This document shows positions 1 through 9,660 of a stretch of 64,000 nt of DNA, piece after piece. The DNA is from Spirochaetia bacterium. Lineage in GTDB: Bacteria > Spirochaetota > Spirochaetia > CAKZLE01. The notes under the pieces were generated by a model, which was not told the DNA's origin, did not search any database, and saw only the letters and a list, made by a program, of their open reading frames with translations. Each line of letters starts with the position of its first letter. Within the stretch, counting starts at the first letter, position 1. The stretch spans positions 3,072,001-3,136,000 of the forward strand of contig OY782041.1 in assembly GCA_963677595.1 (NCBI GenBank), given 5' to 3'. Position numbers and translations under genes: made by a program.

Positions 1-1070
1 CGCTATGGTCCTGCGGTGTCGGTGCAGGAGATGAGGTCATCTGTCCAAGTATGACGTACTGGGCAAGTGCAGCTCCTGTTTTGACTCTTGGAGCCGCAGT
101 GAACTTCGCGGATATTCTCCCGGATACACTATGCATTGATCCTGACGATATTGAACACAGGATTGGACCAAGGACGAAAGTTATCATTGTTGTTCATTAT
201 GCGGGCTGCCCCTGTGATATGGATCGGATTATGCCCATCGCTAAGAAGCATGGTCTAAAAGTGATTGAGGATGCTTCACACGCCCAGGGTTCTTTATACC
301 ATGGTAGGCCATGCGGTACGCTGGCTGACGCAGCTGTCATGAGCCTCATGACAGCCAAGAGTTTTGCTATTGGGGAAGCAGGTATGCTGTTCACAGACAA
401 TCGTGAGATATTTGAACACGCTATTTCCTATGGCTTCTATGAGCGTACAGGAGCCTCCTCTGAATTCTTCAAAGCTGATAACCAGCTCAGCATACCTGAA
501 CTGAAAAAGTTTTCAGGGATCCCCCTTGGCGGCTTCAAGCACAGGATGCACCAGATGAGCAGTGCGGTAGGAAGAGTTCAGCTGAGATCCTATGATAGTA
601 GGATCAAGGAGATTGATGCCGCCATGAACTACTTCTGGGACGGTCTCTCTTCTATAGATTGTCTGAAGCCGCATAGAGCAGATAGCCGTGAGGGATCCAC
701 TACCGGAGGCTGGTATTATGCCATGGGAATCTTTGACCATAAAAAGTACCCGAAAGGAACCCTGAGAAAAATCTGTCATGCGCTGCAGAAAGAAGGGGTT
801 ACGGTAAGTGCCCCGTGCAAGAATACTGCGTTGCATCTCCATCCAGTCTTTCAGGAACTGGATCTATTCAGGCTGGGGACACCCACAATGGTGAGCTTCA
901 CGGAACGGGATGTACGCCAGGGTCCGGGATCTTTACCTAATGCAGAGCAGGTAGGTGAATATGCTTTCTCTGTACCCTGGTTCAAACATGCAGATACAGC
1001 AGAAATTGATAAGTATGTTCATGCTTTCAAAAAAGTATTCAGTCAGCTCGATCAAATCATCAAGGATTAA
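1..1070 (+). CDS. DegT/DnrJ/EryC1/StrS family PLP-dependent aminotransferase (5' end outside window)
   Basis: Frame is open upstream of the listed ATG (LWSCGVGAGDEVICPSMT); motifs IIVVHYAG.PCDMD, VIEDASHAQG, S...K....GEAGM. Confidence 0.9.
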   Translation, partial: LWSCGVGAGDEVICPSMTYWASAAPVLTLGAAVNFADILPDTLCIDPDDIEHRIGPRTKVIIVVHYAGCPCDMDRIMPIAKKHGLKVIEDASHAQGSLYHGRPCGTLADAAVMSLMTAKSFAIGEAGMLFTDNREIFEHAISYGFYERTGASSEFFKADNQLSIPELKKFSGIPLGGFKHRMHQMSSAVGRVQLRSYDSRIKEIDAAMNYFWDGLSSIDCLKPHRADSREGSTTGGWYYAMGIFDHKKYPKGTLRKICHALQKEGVTVSAPCKNTALHLHPVFQELDLFRLGTPTMVSFTERDVRQGPGSLPNAEQVGEYAFSVPWFKHADTAEIDKYVHAFKKVFSQLDQIIKD

Positions 1071-1072
1071 TC

Positions 1073-1837
1073 ATGGAAACAGCAGTATTCGGAAGATTGG
1101 AAGTAATTAAAGAAGAGACCAGGGGCACTATGGGGAAGAGGGCAGCTGCCCTTGCTGCGGAGCTTATTCAGGAAATTGCTGAAAAGCAACCGTTTGTCCA
1201 TATGGTGTTTGCGGCAGCCCCCTCCCAGGATGAGCTTCTCTTTGAATTATGCAAAAGAACTGATATCCCCTGGGATAGAGTTATAGCGATGCACATGGAT
1301 GAATATATAGGGCTTGCAAGTGATGCTCCGCAAAGGTTCGCTCGGTACCTGAAAGATCACATATTCTCGAAAGTGGAGATGTACAACGTAGAGTATATCA
1401 ATTCAACCGCTGAGGACATCGAAGCTGAGAGGCAGAGGTACAGCCGGCTTCTTTCAGAGTACCCGGTTGATATCGTATGCCTGGGGGTGGGGGAGAATGG
1501 TCACATCGCGTTTAACGATCCCTCCTTTGCTGATTTCAATGATCCTGAAATGGTAAGGGATATCTCCCTCGATATCGAATCACGGGTCCAGCAAGTCAAC
1601 GACGGCTGTTTCCCTGAATTATCCGCAGTCCCGGAGAGGGCTATCACTCTCACCATACCCGCGTTGATGGCGGCAAAGCACATGGTGTGTGTCGTTCCTG
1701 GCGAGAGGAAGGCCAATGCCGTACATGATATGCTCTATGGACCGATCTCTACAAGCTGTCCGGCGTCAATTCTGCGGGATCATCCGAGCGCTGTCCTGTT
1801 CCTTGATGAAGACAGCTCGGCGCAGGTGTCCTTCTAA
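1073..1837 (+). CDS. Glucosamine-6-phosphate deaminase/isomerase (NagB/6PGL) family protein
   Basis: Motifs FAAAPSQ, HMDEYIG, LGVGENGHIAFNDP, CPASILR.H. Confidence 0.88.
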   Translation: METAVFGRLEVIKEETRGTMGKRAAALAAELIQEIAEKQPFVHMVFAAAPSQDELLFELCKRTDIPWDRVIAMHMDEYIGLASDAPQRFARYLKDHIFSKVEMYNVEYINSTAEDIEAERQRYSRLLSEYPVDIVCLGVGENGHIAFNDPSFADFNDPEMVRDISLDIESRVQQVNDGCFPELSAVPERAITLTIPALMAAKHMVCVVPGERKANAVHDMLYGPISTSCPASILRDHPSAVLFLDEDSSAQVSF

Positions 1838-1872
1838 GAGTACCGATAGAACCCGCATAGTTTAGCCCTTTG

Positions 1873-1904
1873 CCCCCTGAAGTTCATGCTGAAGGGGGTT
1901 TTTT
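1873..1904 (+). terminator. Putative intrinsic terminator after the NagB-like gene
   Basis: CCCCCT...AGGGGG stem followed by TTTTTT. Confidence 0.5.
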
Positions 1905-1952
1905 ATATCCTTGAAAGATTAGCATCTCTATAGAATCACGATGAGAGGCAGC

Positions 1953-1992
1953 AAAAAAATGGGGCTGATGCAGCGTATCCTGCACCAGCCCC
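1953..1992 (-). terminator. Putative intrinsic terminator after gnd
   Basis: GGGGCTG.TGCAG...CTGCA.CAGCCCC stem with an A7 run on its + strand 5' side (U-tract on the minus strand). Confidence 0.7.
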
Positions 1993-2015
1993 GAATTGGA
2001 GGAAATGAGAAGAAG

Positions 2016-3479
2016 TTATATATCGTAGGTCCCGGAGGTTACATCCCCCCCGGTCCCTGTCCAGTTTGTATGGTAGAACTGGCCGCGGGGCTTATCTATC
2101 CGTTCATAGGTATGTGCGCCAAAATAGTCCCGTTGAGCCTGGAGGAGGTTGGCAGGAAGTCTCTCTGACCTGAACCCGTCATAGAACGCCAAGGCAGAAG
2201 AGGTTGAGGGCATGGGAATCCCCCACTCGATAGCCTTCATCACCACGCGGCGCCAGGAATCCTGGGCTCGCTCAATTGCATCATTGAAATAGGGGTTCAG
2301 TAGGATATTCGTCAATTCCGGTTCTTGATCGAATGCTTCCTTTATCTTCTGCAGGAAGGCACTTCGTATGATGCAGCCGCCCCGCCACATGAGAGCGATA
2401 GGGCCGTATTGCAGATTCCAGGAAGATTCGTTTGAGGCTTCCCGCAGGAGCATAAAACCTTGGGCATAGGAGATGATCTTGGAAGCAAACAGAGCCTGCT
2501 TTACATCATCGACCCACGCTTGAATTTCGGATTCCTGGGGTGCTTTTGGGGCTGGCCCTGAGAGTATGGTAGAGGCATGCACCCTTTCGTCTTTCAGGGC
2601 TGAGAGGCACCGGGCAAATACAGCCTCACCTATGAGGGTTACAGGTATCCCAAGCTGCAGGGAACTGATCCCGGTCCATTTCCCTGTGCCTTTCTGGCCT
2701 GCGGTATCAAGGATCTTGTCCAAGACTGGTGTCCCGTCCGTATCTTTCTTTCCCATGATGTGCTGTGTGATCTCTATCAGGTAACTGTCAAGTTCACTTC
2801 TATTCCATGCTGCGAAGATGGATTCCATCGCATCGGTTGATAACCCGAGTCCTTCCCGTAAGAACTGATATGCTTCGCAGATGATTTGCATATCCCCATA
2901 TTCGATACCGTTATGCACCATCTTCACATAATGTCCGGCCCCGTTTGTACCGACCCAGTCACAACAGACTTCCCCATTATCAGTCTTCGCAGCTATGGAT
3001 TGAAGGATTGGTTTTACGGAATCCCAGGCTCTGACATTTCCCCCAGGCATGATCGACGGGCCGATCCTTGCCCCTTCTTCGCCACCGGATATGCCGGTAC
3101 CGATATATAGGATGCCTTGTTGCGCAAGATCGATAGAACGTCTCTCAGTATCGGCAAAGTGTGAGTTCCCTCCATCGATGATGATATCCCCCTTATGGAG
3201 CAGAGGGAGCAAAGAGGAGATAAACTGGTCAACGACATCCCCTGCTTTGACCATAAGCATTATCTTCTTGGGGGATTCCAGCAGCCCCACGAACTCCTCA
3301 AGAGAATCGGCTCCCATTATCGTGTCACGCCCTTTGGCGGGTCCTGATATGAAATCATCCTTTTTCTTCTGTGTCCTGTTGTATACTGCAACAGAATACC
3401 CATGGTCGTTCATGTTCAACACAAGGTTCTGTCCCATGACTGCCAAACCAATCAAACCGATATCAGCTTTCTTTGTCAT
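2016..3479 (-). CDS. gnd: NADP-dependent 6-phosphogluconate dehydrogenase (decarboxylating)
   Basis: IGLIGLAVMGQNL, GAGHYVKMVHNGIEYGDMQ, GQKGTG.WT, QAQRDYFGAHTY; start set at MTKKAD (3479) behind an AAGGAG RBS. Confidence 0.97.
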   Translation of the reverse strand: MTKKADIGLIGLAVMGQNLVLNMNDHGYSVAVYNRTQKKKDDFISGPAKGRDTIMGADSLEEFVGLLESPKKIMLMVKAGDVVDQFISSLLPLLHKGDIIIDGGNSHFADTERRSIDLAQQGILYIGTGISGGEEGARIGPSIMPGGNVRAWDSVKPILQSIAAKTDNGEVCCDWVGTNGAGHYVKMVHNGIEYGDMQIICEAYQFLREGLGLSTDAMESIFAAWNRSELDSYLIEITQHIMGKKDTDGTPVLDKILDTAGQKGTGKWTGISSLQLGIPVTLIGEAVFARCLSALKDERVHASTILSGPAPKAPQESEIQAWVDDVKQALFASKIISYAQGFMLLREASNESSWNLQYGPIALMWRGGCIIRSAFLQKIKEAFDQEPELTNILLNPYFNDAIERAQDSWRRVVMKAIEWGIPMPSTSSALAFYDGFRSERLPANLLQAQRDYFGAHTYERIDKPRGQFYHTNWTGTGGDVTSGTYDI

Positions 3480-3492
3480 CTTGTTCTCCTTT

Positions 3493-4761
3493 TTAAAACT
3501 GGTCAGAATCAAGGGCCCATAACCCTAGTCCCGGATTTGAGATATAATAGATTTCTTCATCATCAACAGTGTTATACCCGTTGTGAAGGGTCTTGGGATC
3601 ATACTTCTTCAGGTATTCTTTCAGATCCCCGTATAAAAATCCTGCTTTCGTAATCTCTTCCTCAGTCAAATACCCCGGGCAGTACCTGATCTTGAAACGA
3701 CCCTCGCTTGACCCATGGATCAAGTGGGCTGCTGTCGCCAGATTGTTTCCCAGGTCCTCATGGTGTTTCATGTACTGCAGGATGGTATCTGTTCCCACAT
3801 AGCCATAGATCCTGATCAGTCCGTCTATCTCCGGGTCTTCCCCGAACTGGGAAATATTTGGGCCCAGTATGATTAGCTCGCCACCGGATGCGATTGCTTT
3901 TCTGGTGCGGTAGATGCTCTTATTTCCCAGCCAGGTACTCCTGTATTCATGCGGATCAAGGTATACCACGACTTTTCTCAGGGGTTTTTTGACTTTCGTA
4001 ATATTAAGCCTGGCTGACAGCTCTGCTGCTTGCTCGAAGCATGCTCGATCATCACCGGCAAAGACTCCGCGTATTCTGGGGGTTCCCTGACCATCAGGAG
4101 CTATCACGGTTTGTATGAATAGCATGGGTAAATCCTTAGCATAGGTCTTCCACCCGATGTCAAACAGAGCACGGACTGAAGTATCCACTCTCCCCATGAT
4201 ACTTTCTGTACCCGTGACAGCACCGAGAAAATGGGATTTGTGTATAGCTTCAGCCCCGCCGGTCCCGACGAAGATGTTCTTTGTGTGGTTTGCCATCCCC
4301 ACAACTTCATGAGGCACTACCTGGCCGATTGATAGTATCAGGTCAAATCCCCCATCCTGGATGATGTTGTTCATCTGGACGGGAAATCGATAGGACAGCT
4401 TCCCTCCAGAAAGTTCCTGAATGGTCCGAGAGCCTATATACCCCAGTGTCTTAACATCCCGTTTCCAGTTATGGGTGATGAACAACTCAGGAGGGACACC
4501 TGGGAACATCTCATCAAGTTCGCTTGGGGTCATGGGTATGTGGGTTCCTATGGCTGGAAGAATCCCTTTGATTGCCTCTTTGTAGTAGTCATAGGCAATC
4601 TTAGTGATTTTGCCGGCTTGTGAATGGATCCGGGTGATGTCTGGTGGAATGATCAGCACTCTGGATCGTGTGCTGAAGCGATTGAGCAGATCAATGATGA
4701 ATTCTGACACAATGCTTGAAGATAACCCTGAAGAATCTGCTGTAGTTCTGGAAATTGTCAT
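3493..4761 (-). CDS. LarA/DUF2088 (lactate racemase family) protein, possible sugar-acid 2-epimerase
   Basis: Motifs PPDITR, A.GTH.PMT, VVPHEVVG....K; start at 4761 gives an ATGA overlap with the upstream HAD gene and follows GGAGG. Confidence 0.8.
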   Translation of the reverse strand: MTISRTTADSSGLSSSIVSEFIIDLLNRFSTRSRVLIIPPDITRIHSQAGKITKIAYDYYKEAIKGILPAIGTHIPMTPSELDEMFPGVPPELFITHNWKRDVKTLGYIGSRTIQELSGGKLSYRFPVQMNNIIQDGGFDLILSIGQVVPHEVVGMANHTKNIFVGTGGAEAIHKSHFLGAVTGTESIMGRVDTSVRALFDIGWKTYAKDLPMLFIQTVIAPDGQGTPRIRGVFAGDDRACFEQAAELSARLNITKVKKPLRKVVVYLDPHEYRSTWLGNKSIYRTRKAIASGGELIILGPNISQFGEDPEIDGLIRIYGYVGTDTILQYMKHHEDLGNNLATAAHLIHGSSEGRFKIRYCPGYLTEEEITKAGFLYGDLKEYLKKYDPKTLHNGYNTVDDEEIYYISNPGLGLWALDSDQF

Positions 4762-5636
4762 AATACCATATCCTCCCATTGAGGTTGTTCAGGGAGTTCC
4801 TTGAGGAATTCTGCCGTCAGTTGTTCTTGGTACACGCCCCTGAACGTACCGTTTTTCAGCTTATCGATGCCTTCAGAGAACAATCTCTCCCAGGATTGTT
4901 CCTCGCTGCCTGGTGTGATGGGGAAGAATAAGGCCCCGTTTGCCTTTGCGGCATGTAAGTCACCCGGGGCATCACCGATCATGAGTATCTTGTCATCTGC
5001 ATATTTCCCGGATGCAGCAATCCTGATATGCTGCTCTTTGGTTCCCATCTCCTGTCCAGCGATTGCCTGAACTAAGGTATCGATACCGTGTTCCTCCCAT
5101 TCCCTTGCCAATGCTTCGTAGGGGGTTTGCGATACCACCAGGCAGTCGGCGAAAGATGCGAACGACTTTAGACTCTCATTGACCCAGGGGAATGGAGGGA
5201 TGTGGTGAACGACTCTCTTGATCACTGTGTTGCTGGTTGTTGAGTAGTCGTAGACCCGTTCGAGTTCTGATGAACTGTCAGATTCCAGTCTCTTTTTCAG
5301 GGCAGGATTCCCAAGCTGTGTTTCCTCGTTAACCCAGTTCTTTAGATGCTCCATCGCAGGCGGGTCGATACCCCGTTTTTTCACAGATTCCCTTTTCCTT
5401 AATAAATCCATGGTCCTGATGATTGCCTTGAACCGGTTACAGCCCCTGCTGCTTGAATAGAGATTGACGAATTCCCAAGTCTGCCGGGCATATCGCGATA
5501 TTGCCTGGAGCTCAAACTTCTCGATGAACGTTGGACAAAAGCACTCCTTCTGCTTTATCTCCATAGTGTCAAAAACACATCCGTCTGAGTCGATTCCTAT
5601 AAAAAACTCGTGCTCTTTTGTGAAATGGATCTTCAT
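4758..5636 (-). CDS. HAD-superfamily hydrolase
   Basis: Motif I (DSDGCVFD) and motif IV (MIGDAPGD). Confidence 0.85.
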   Translation of the reverse strand: MKIHFTKEHEFFIGIDSDGCVFDTMEIKQKECFCPTFIEKFELQAISRYARQTWEFVNLYSSSRGCNRFKAIIRTMDLLRKRESVKKRGIDPPAMEHLKNWVNEETQLGNPALKKRLESDSSSELERVYDYSTTSNTVIKRVVHHIPPFPWVNESLKSFASFADCLVVSQTPYEALAREWEEHGIDTLVQAIAGQEMGTKEQHIRIAASGKYADDKILMIGDAPGDLHAAKANGALFFPITPGSEEQSWERLFSEGIDKLKNGTFRGVYQEQLTAEFLKELPEQPQWEDMVL

Positions 5637-5655
5637 GCATTCCTCGTTGAAAGTA

Positions 5656-5674
5656 TTACGAAAAGTTACGAAAA
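5656..5674. promoter_or_regulatory. Direct repeat TTACGAAAA x2 (10-bp period), candidate DeoR-family operator
   Basis: ttacgaaaa-g-ttacgaaaa in the divergent intergenic region; related taacgaaa just upstream of the DeoR start. Confidence 0.4.
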
Positions 5675-5813
5675 ATAAAAGCTATACAAAATTATTAGCA
5701 TAGTTTCTTGGATGAGTCAATAAATATTGTTGTATGTTATTAAATAACAAAATTATATTAATTTGATATAAAATAAAGAGTAGAGATTGCTTATGTAAAA
5801 AGTAATGCTGCTG

Positions 5814-5842
5814 TTGACAATTATGAAAACGGAAGATATCCT
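5814..5842 (+). promoter_or_regulatory. Sigma70-type promoter for the DeoR-pfk-uxuB operon
   Basis: TTGACA-N17-TATCCT about 25 nt upstream of the ATG. Confidence 0.6.
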
Positions 5843-5866
5843 GTTCTGTAGAAAGGTAACGAAAGT

Positions 5867-6622
5867 ATGGGCTATATAGTTAGACATGAAGAGATTTTGA
5901 AAATTCTATCAGTAATGAGGTATATCACGGTACATAATCTGGCTCAGCGGCTGCAGGTATCAGAAGTCACTATACGGAAAGACCTGACAACCCTTGAGAG
6001 TATGGGGGCACTGATCAGGACCCGCGGAGGGGCCCGGAGTGCTGAGGACTATCGAATCATCAAGAATATCGATCAGCGGCAATCAGAGAACCTGAATGTG
6101 AAAAAGGCTATAGCGAGAAGAGCTGCTGAGATGGTGTCTGACGGGGCGACGATCTATATCGACGCCGGGACGACGTGCAGGCTTTTCGCCCAGGAAATCC
6201 TCGACAAGAATCTTCGTGTTGTGACATGTTCTATCGATGTGATGGTCATCCTGTCTCAATCAGATACGATTGCATTCTATGCGCTTGGAGGGTCCTACCG
6301 TAAAGAGTCAGGATCATTCATTGGGCCGTTGGCGAGTAATAACATCAGGAAGTTCCAGTTTGACACGTGTTTCATGGGAGCTACGGGATTCTCGGCAGAC
6401 GGGGTATTCTCCTCTCAGAACATCATAGAGTCCGAGCTGAAGGAGAAAGTCATTCAGGCCGCTTCCCGATGTATAGTGTTAGCTGATTCCCAGAAATTCG
6501 GTATTGAAGCATTCACGGTCTTCGCCCGTGCTGAACAGGTTGACCTCCTCATAACTGATGACCAATTTACCAGCTCTAAACAGTATGAGCAGATTGGCAT
6601 AGAAGTAATCAAGGTTTCTTAA
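5867..6622 (+). CDS. DeoR/GlpR family transcriptional regulator
   Basis: HTH VSEVTIRKDL..LE..G.LIRTRGGA; IDAGTT; C-terminal DeoR sensor domain. Confidence 0.95.
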   Translation: MGYIVRHEEILKILSVMRYITVHNLAQRLQVSEVTIRKDLTTLESMGALIRTRGGARSAEDYRIIKNIDQRQSENLNVKKAIARRAAEMVSDGATIYIDAGTTCRLFAQEILDKNLRVVTCSIDVMVILSQSDTIAFYALGGSYRKESGSFIGPLASNNIRKFQFDTCFMGATGFSADGVFSSQNIIESELKEKVIQAASRCIVLADSQKFGIEAFTVFARAEQVDLLITDDQFTSSKQYEQIGIEVIKVS

Positions 6623-6656
6623 AATAACGAATAACTTTAGTTTTAAGGAATGAAAC

Positions 6657-7886
6657 ATGAATAATTGTATTATCGCCCAGAGTGGAGGGCCAACGGCTGT
6701 AATTAATTCGAGCGCCTGCGGGGTGATCCAGGCAGCCCTTTCAAGCGTCATGATCGATCGTGTGTTTGGAGCTCATAATGGGATCCTAGGGGTGTTGAAC
6801 GAAGATCTGTTCGATCTCAGCAAGGAGGATCCTGCCGTGATTGAAGCCATGAGGACAACCCCTGCGGCAGCCTTGGGGTCCTGTAGGTATAAGATCAAGA
6901 ATGAGGAAGACTACCAGAGGATCGTTGATGTGTTCAGGAAATACGAAGTTGGGTATTTCTTCTACATCGGCGGCAATGATTCGATGGATACTGCTGATAA
7001 GGTGGAGAAACTTGCGAAGGCACAGGGATTTCCTCTTGTCTGTATCGGGGTCCCGAAGACCATCGATAATGACCTTGCGTGTACTGACCACTGTCCCGGT
7101 TATGGCTCCGTGATCAAATATCTGGCGACTGTAGTCATGGAAGCCGGACGTGACACAGAAGCCCTCTATACAACTGACACCGTAAATATCATTGAGACCA
7201 TGGGCAGGAATACCGGCTGGATAGCAGCGGGAACCGCTTTGGCAAAACGGACCGCAGAGGATGCCCCTCATATTATCCTGCTGCCGGAAGTCCCGTTTGA
7301 CGAGGAATCTTTCTGTACACGTGTGCGTTATTTCCTGGATAACCTTGGCCGATGTGTGATTGTTGTATCTGAAGGTACCCAGTATGCGGACGGGACGTAT
7401 ATCGCTGAGCAGAAGGGTGAGTTTGCAAGCGATTCTTTCGGACATGTCCAGCTGGGAGGGGCGGCAACGGTAATCAAGCATATTGTTGAGAATTCAGTCG
7501 GGGTGAAAGCCCGCTTTTCAATCCCATCTACTATACAGAGAGCAGGGGCGCATTGGGCTTCCTCAGTCGATGCGAATGAAGCCTATGCCGTCGGTAAGCA
7601 AGCTGTGAAACTGGCGGAAGCAGGGATTTCCGGGGTGATGGTCACGCTGGGAAGGACCGATACCGACCAGCCCCAGACCATATTGGGAACCGCAGCGTTG
7701 TCAGATGTGGCAAATGGGGAGAAGCTGTTTCCGAAAGAATGGATTTCTGAGGACGGCTTTTTCGTCACGAAACAATTCATAGAATATGCAAAACCGCTGA
7801 TACAGGGAGAATCCATCCCGAAGATGGAAGATGGGCTACCTGTATTCATGAGATTCAAACGTCATCCCCTGGGATTGGAGGCCTGA
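6657..7886 (+). CDS. 6-phosphofructokinase family protein (probably PPi-dependent)
   Basis: AQSGGPTAVIN, YIGGNDSMDT (GGNDS with Asp, PPi-type), PKTIDNDL, ETMGRNTGW. Confidence 0.9.
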   Translation: MNNCIIAQSGGPTAVINSSACGVIQAALSSVMIDRVFGAHNGILGVLNEDLFDLSKEDPAVIEAMRTTPAAALGSCRYKIKNEEDYQRIVDVFRKYEVGYFFYIGGNDSMDTADKVEKLAKAQGFPLVCIGVPKTIDNDLACTDHCPGYGSVIKYLATVVMEAGRDTEALYTTDTVNIIETMGRNTGWIAAGTALAKRTAEDAPHIILLPEVPFDEESFCTRVRYFLDNLGRCVIVVSEGTQYADGTYIAEQKGEFASDSFGHVQLGGAATVIKHIVENSVGVKARFSIPSTIQRAGAHWASSVDANEAYAVGKQAVKLAEAGISGVMVTLGRTDTDQPQTILGTAALSDVANGEKLFPKEWISEDGFFVTKQFIEYAKPLIQGESIPKMEDGLPVFMRFKRHPLGLEA

Positions 7887-9440
7887 ATGATCACTTCACA
7901 AAAGAAACAATTGTTTGAAAGGACCTATAATGAACCCATCTGGGTCCATTTTGGCGCGGGTAATATATTCAGGGGATTCCCGGCTGCTTTGCAGCAGGAT
8001 CTCATCGAGCAGGGAAAGTCGGATAAGGGTATCATTGTAGGTGAAGGGTTTGATTTTGAGATCATCGATGCTGTATATGCTCCGTACGATAATGAGACGA
8101 TCCTTGCAGTTCTGAACAGTGACGGTACGATAGAGATAAAGCAGATTCAGTCCGTTACAGAAGCCTATGCGTGTGACCCAGATTTCCAGGACCAGTGGTC
8201 CCGTTTCAGGCAGGTGTTTGCTTCAGAGTCGCTCCAGATGGTCTCCTTCACGATTACCGAGAAAGGGTATAGCATACAGGATAACGATGGGAATATGACT
8301 CAAAGTATCCTGGATGATATCGCAGCAGGTCCTGAAGGACCAAGATCCATGATGGCAAAGATTACGGCATTGCTCTATGCACGGTATAGGACCTGCGGGA
8401 CACCTGTTTCCCTGGTCAGTATGGATAACTGCTCTCATAATGGAGAGAAGCTGGAATTTGCAGTAACAGCTATAGCCGAACAGTGGGTAGCCTCTGGCAG
8501 AATGGAGCAGGGATTCCTCTCTTATCTGGAAGATTCTGTTTCGTTCCCCTGGTCGATGATCGATAAGATCACTCCCAGGCCCGATACATCCGTACGAGAC
8601 TATTTACGGTCCAAGGGTTATGACCAAACTGACATAACCGTGACCGCTAAGCATAGCTGGGTTGCCCCTTTCGTAAATACGGAAAAACCCCAGTACCTTG
8701 TAATCGAGGATGGCTTCCCCAATGGGAGACCTCCCCTGGAAGAGGTGGGGGTCCTCTTTACCGACCGTGAAACGGTCAATAAGGTGGAGAGGATGAAAGT
8801 ATGCACCTGCCTGAATCCATTGCATACTGCATTGGCCGTGTTTGGCTGTCTTCTGGGGTATACTCTTATCTCCGATGAGATGAAAGACCCGCTATTGCGT
8901 CGTATGGTGGAAATGATCGGATACGATGAGGGACTGCCGGTGGTTACTGACCCTGGGGTGATACATCCTGAGGCGTTCCTTGAGGAAGTCCTGAATGTCA
9001 GGTTTCCCAATCCGTTCATGCCTGATACCCCGCAAAGGATTGTATGTGACACCTCCCAGAAACTCTCAATCAGGTTTGGTGAGACCATTAAAGCCTATAT
9101 GGAAAGTGATAGCCTCTTTCCGGAAAGCCTGAGGGCCATCCCCTTGGTCTTGGCGGGGTGGCTTCGTTACCTCATGGGAGTGAATGATGCAGGCGAAGTC
9201 TTTGAGATCAGTCCGGATCCGGGAATGAACCGTATAAGACCATATCTTGAAGGTATTACCATAGGCGGGACAAACCAATTCGCTGAAATCAAACAAGTGC
9301 TGGGAGACTCCAGTCTCTTTGGGGTAGATCTGTATGAGGCCGGTTTGGGAGATAGGGTAGTAGCACACTTCTCTGAGATGGTTGAGAAGGCAGGGGCTGT
9401 CCGTTTGGTGCTGGAGAAATACATATATTCATTAGATTGA
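7887..9440 (+). CDS. Mannitol dehydrogenase family protein (D-mannonate oxidoreductase/fructuronate reductase-like)
   Basis: WVHFGAGNIFR, SFTITEKGY, SMDNCSHNG, SMIDKITP, K...LNPLH, DTSQKL. Confidence 0.88.
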   Translation: MITSQKKQLFERTYNEPIWVHFGAGNIFRGFPAALQQDLIEQGKSDKGIIVGEGFDFEIIDAVYAPYDNETILAVLNSDGTIEIKQIQSVTEAYACDPDFQDQWSRFRQVFASESLQMVSFTITEKGYSIQDNDGNMTQSILDDIAAGPEGPRSMMAKITALLYARYRTCGTPVSLVSMDNCSHNGEKLEFAVTAIAEQWVASGRMEQGFLSYLEDSVSFPWSMIDKITPRPDTSVRDYLRSKGYDQTDITVTAKHSWVAPFVNTEKPQYLVIEDGFPNGRPPLEEVGVLFTDRETVNKVERMKVCTCLNPLHTALAVFGCLLGYTLISDEMKDPLLRRMVEMIGYDEGLPVVTDPGVIHPEAFLEEVLNVRFPNPFMPDTPQRIVCDTSQKLSIRFGETIKAYMESDSLFPESLRAIPLVLAGWLRYLMGVNDAGEVFEISPDPGMNRIRPYLEGITIGGTNQFAEIKQVLGDSSLFGVDLYEAGLGDRVVAHFSEMVEKAGAVRLVLEKYIYSLD

Positions 9441-9660
9441 AAAATCTCATCTGTACTTACATCACAACTGTGCATGCGGATGGTTCTTATTTGTTGCAGG
9501 ATACACAAACGGTTTAAACAGTAGTCAGTTATACTGGTGTCATAGTAGTTTGCTTGGGCCTTGTTGAATGCTCATCCATCAGGATTTAGAAAGCTGCATC
9601 ACAAAAAGATGTAGGAAATATCCATCTTGCACAGCTGTGATACTGTGGTAGGGTTATAGG

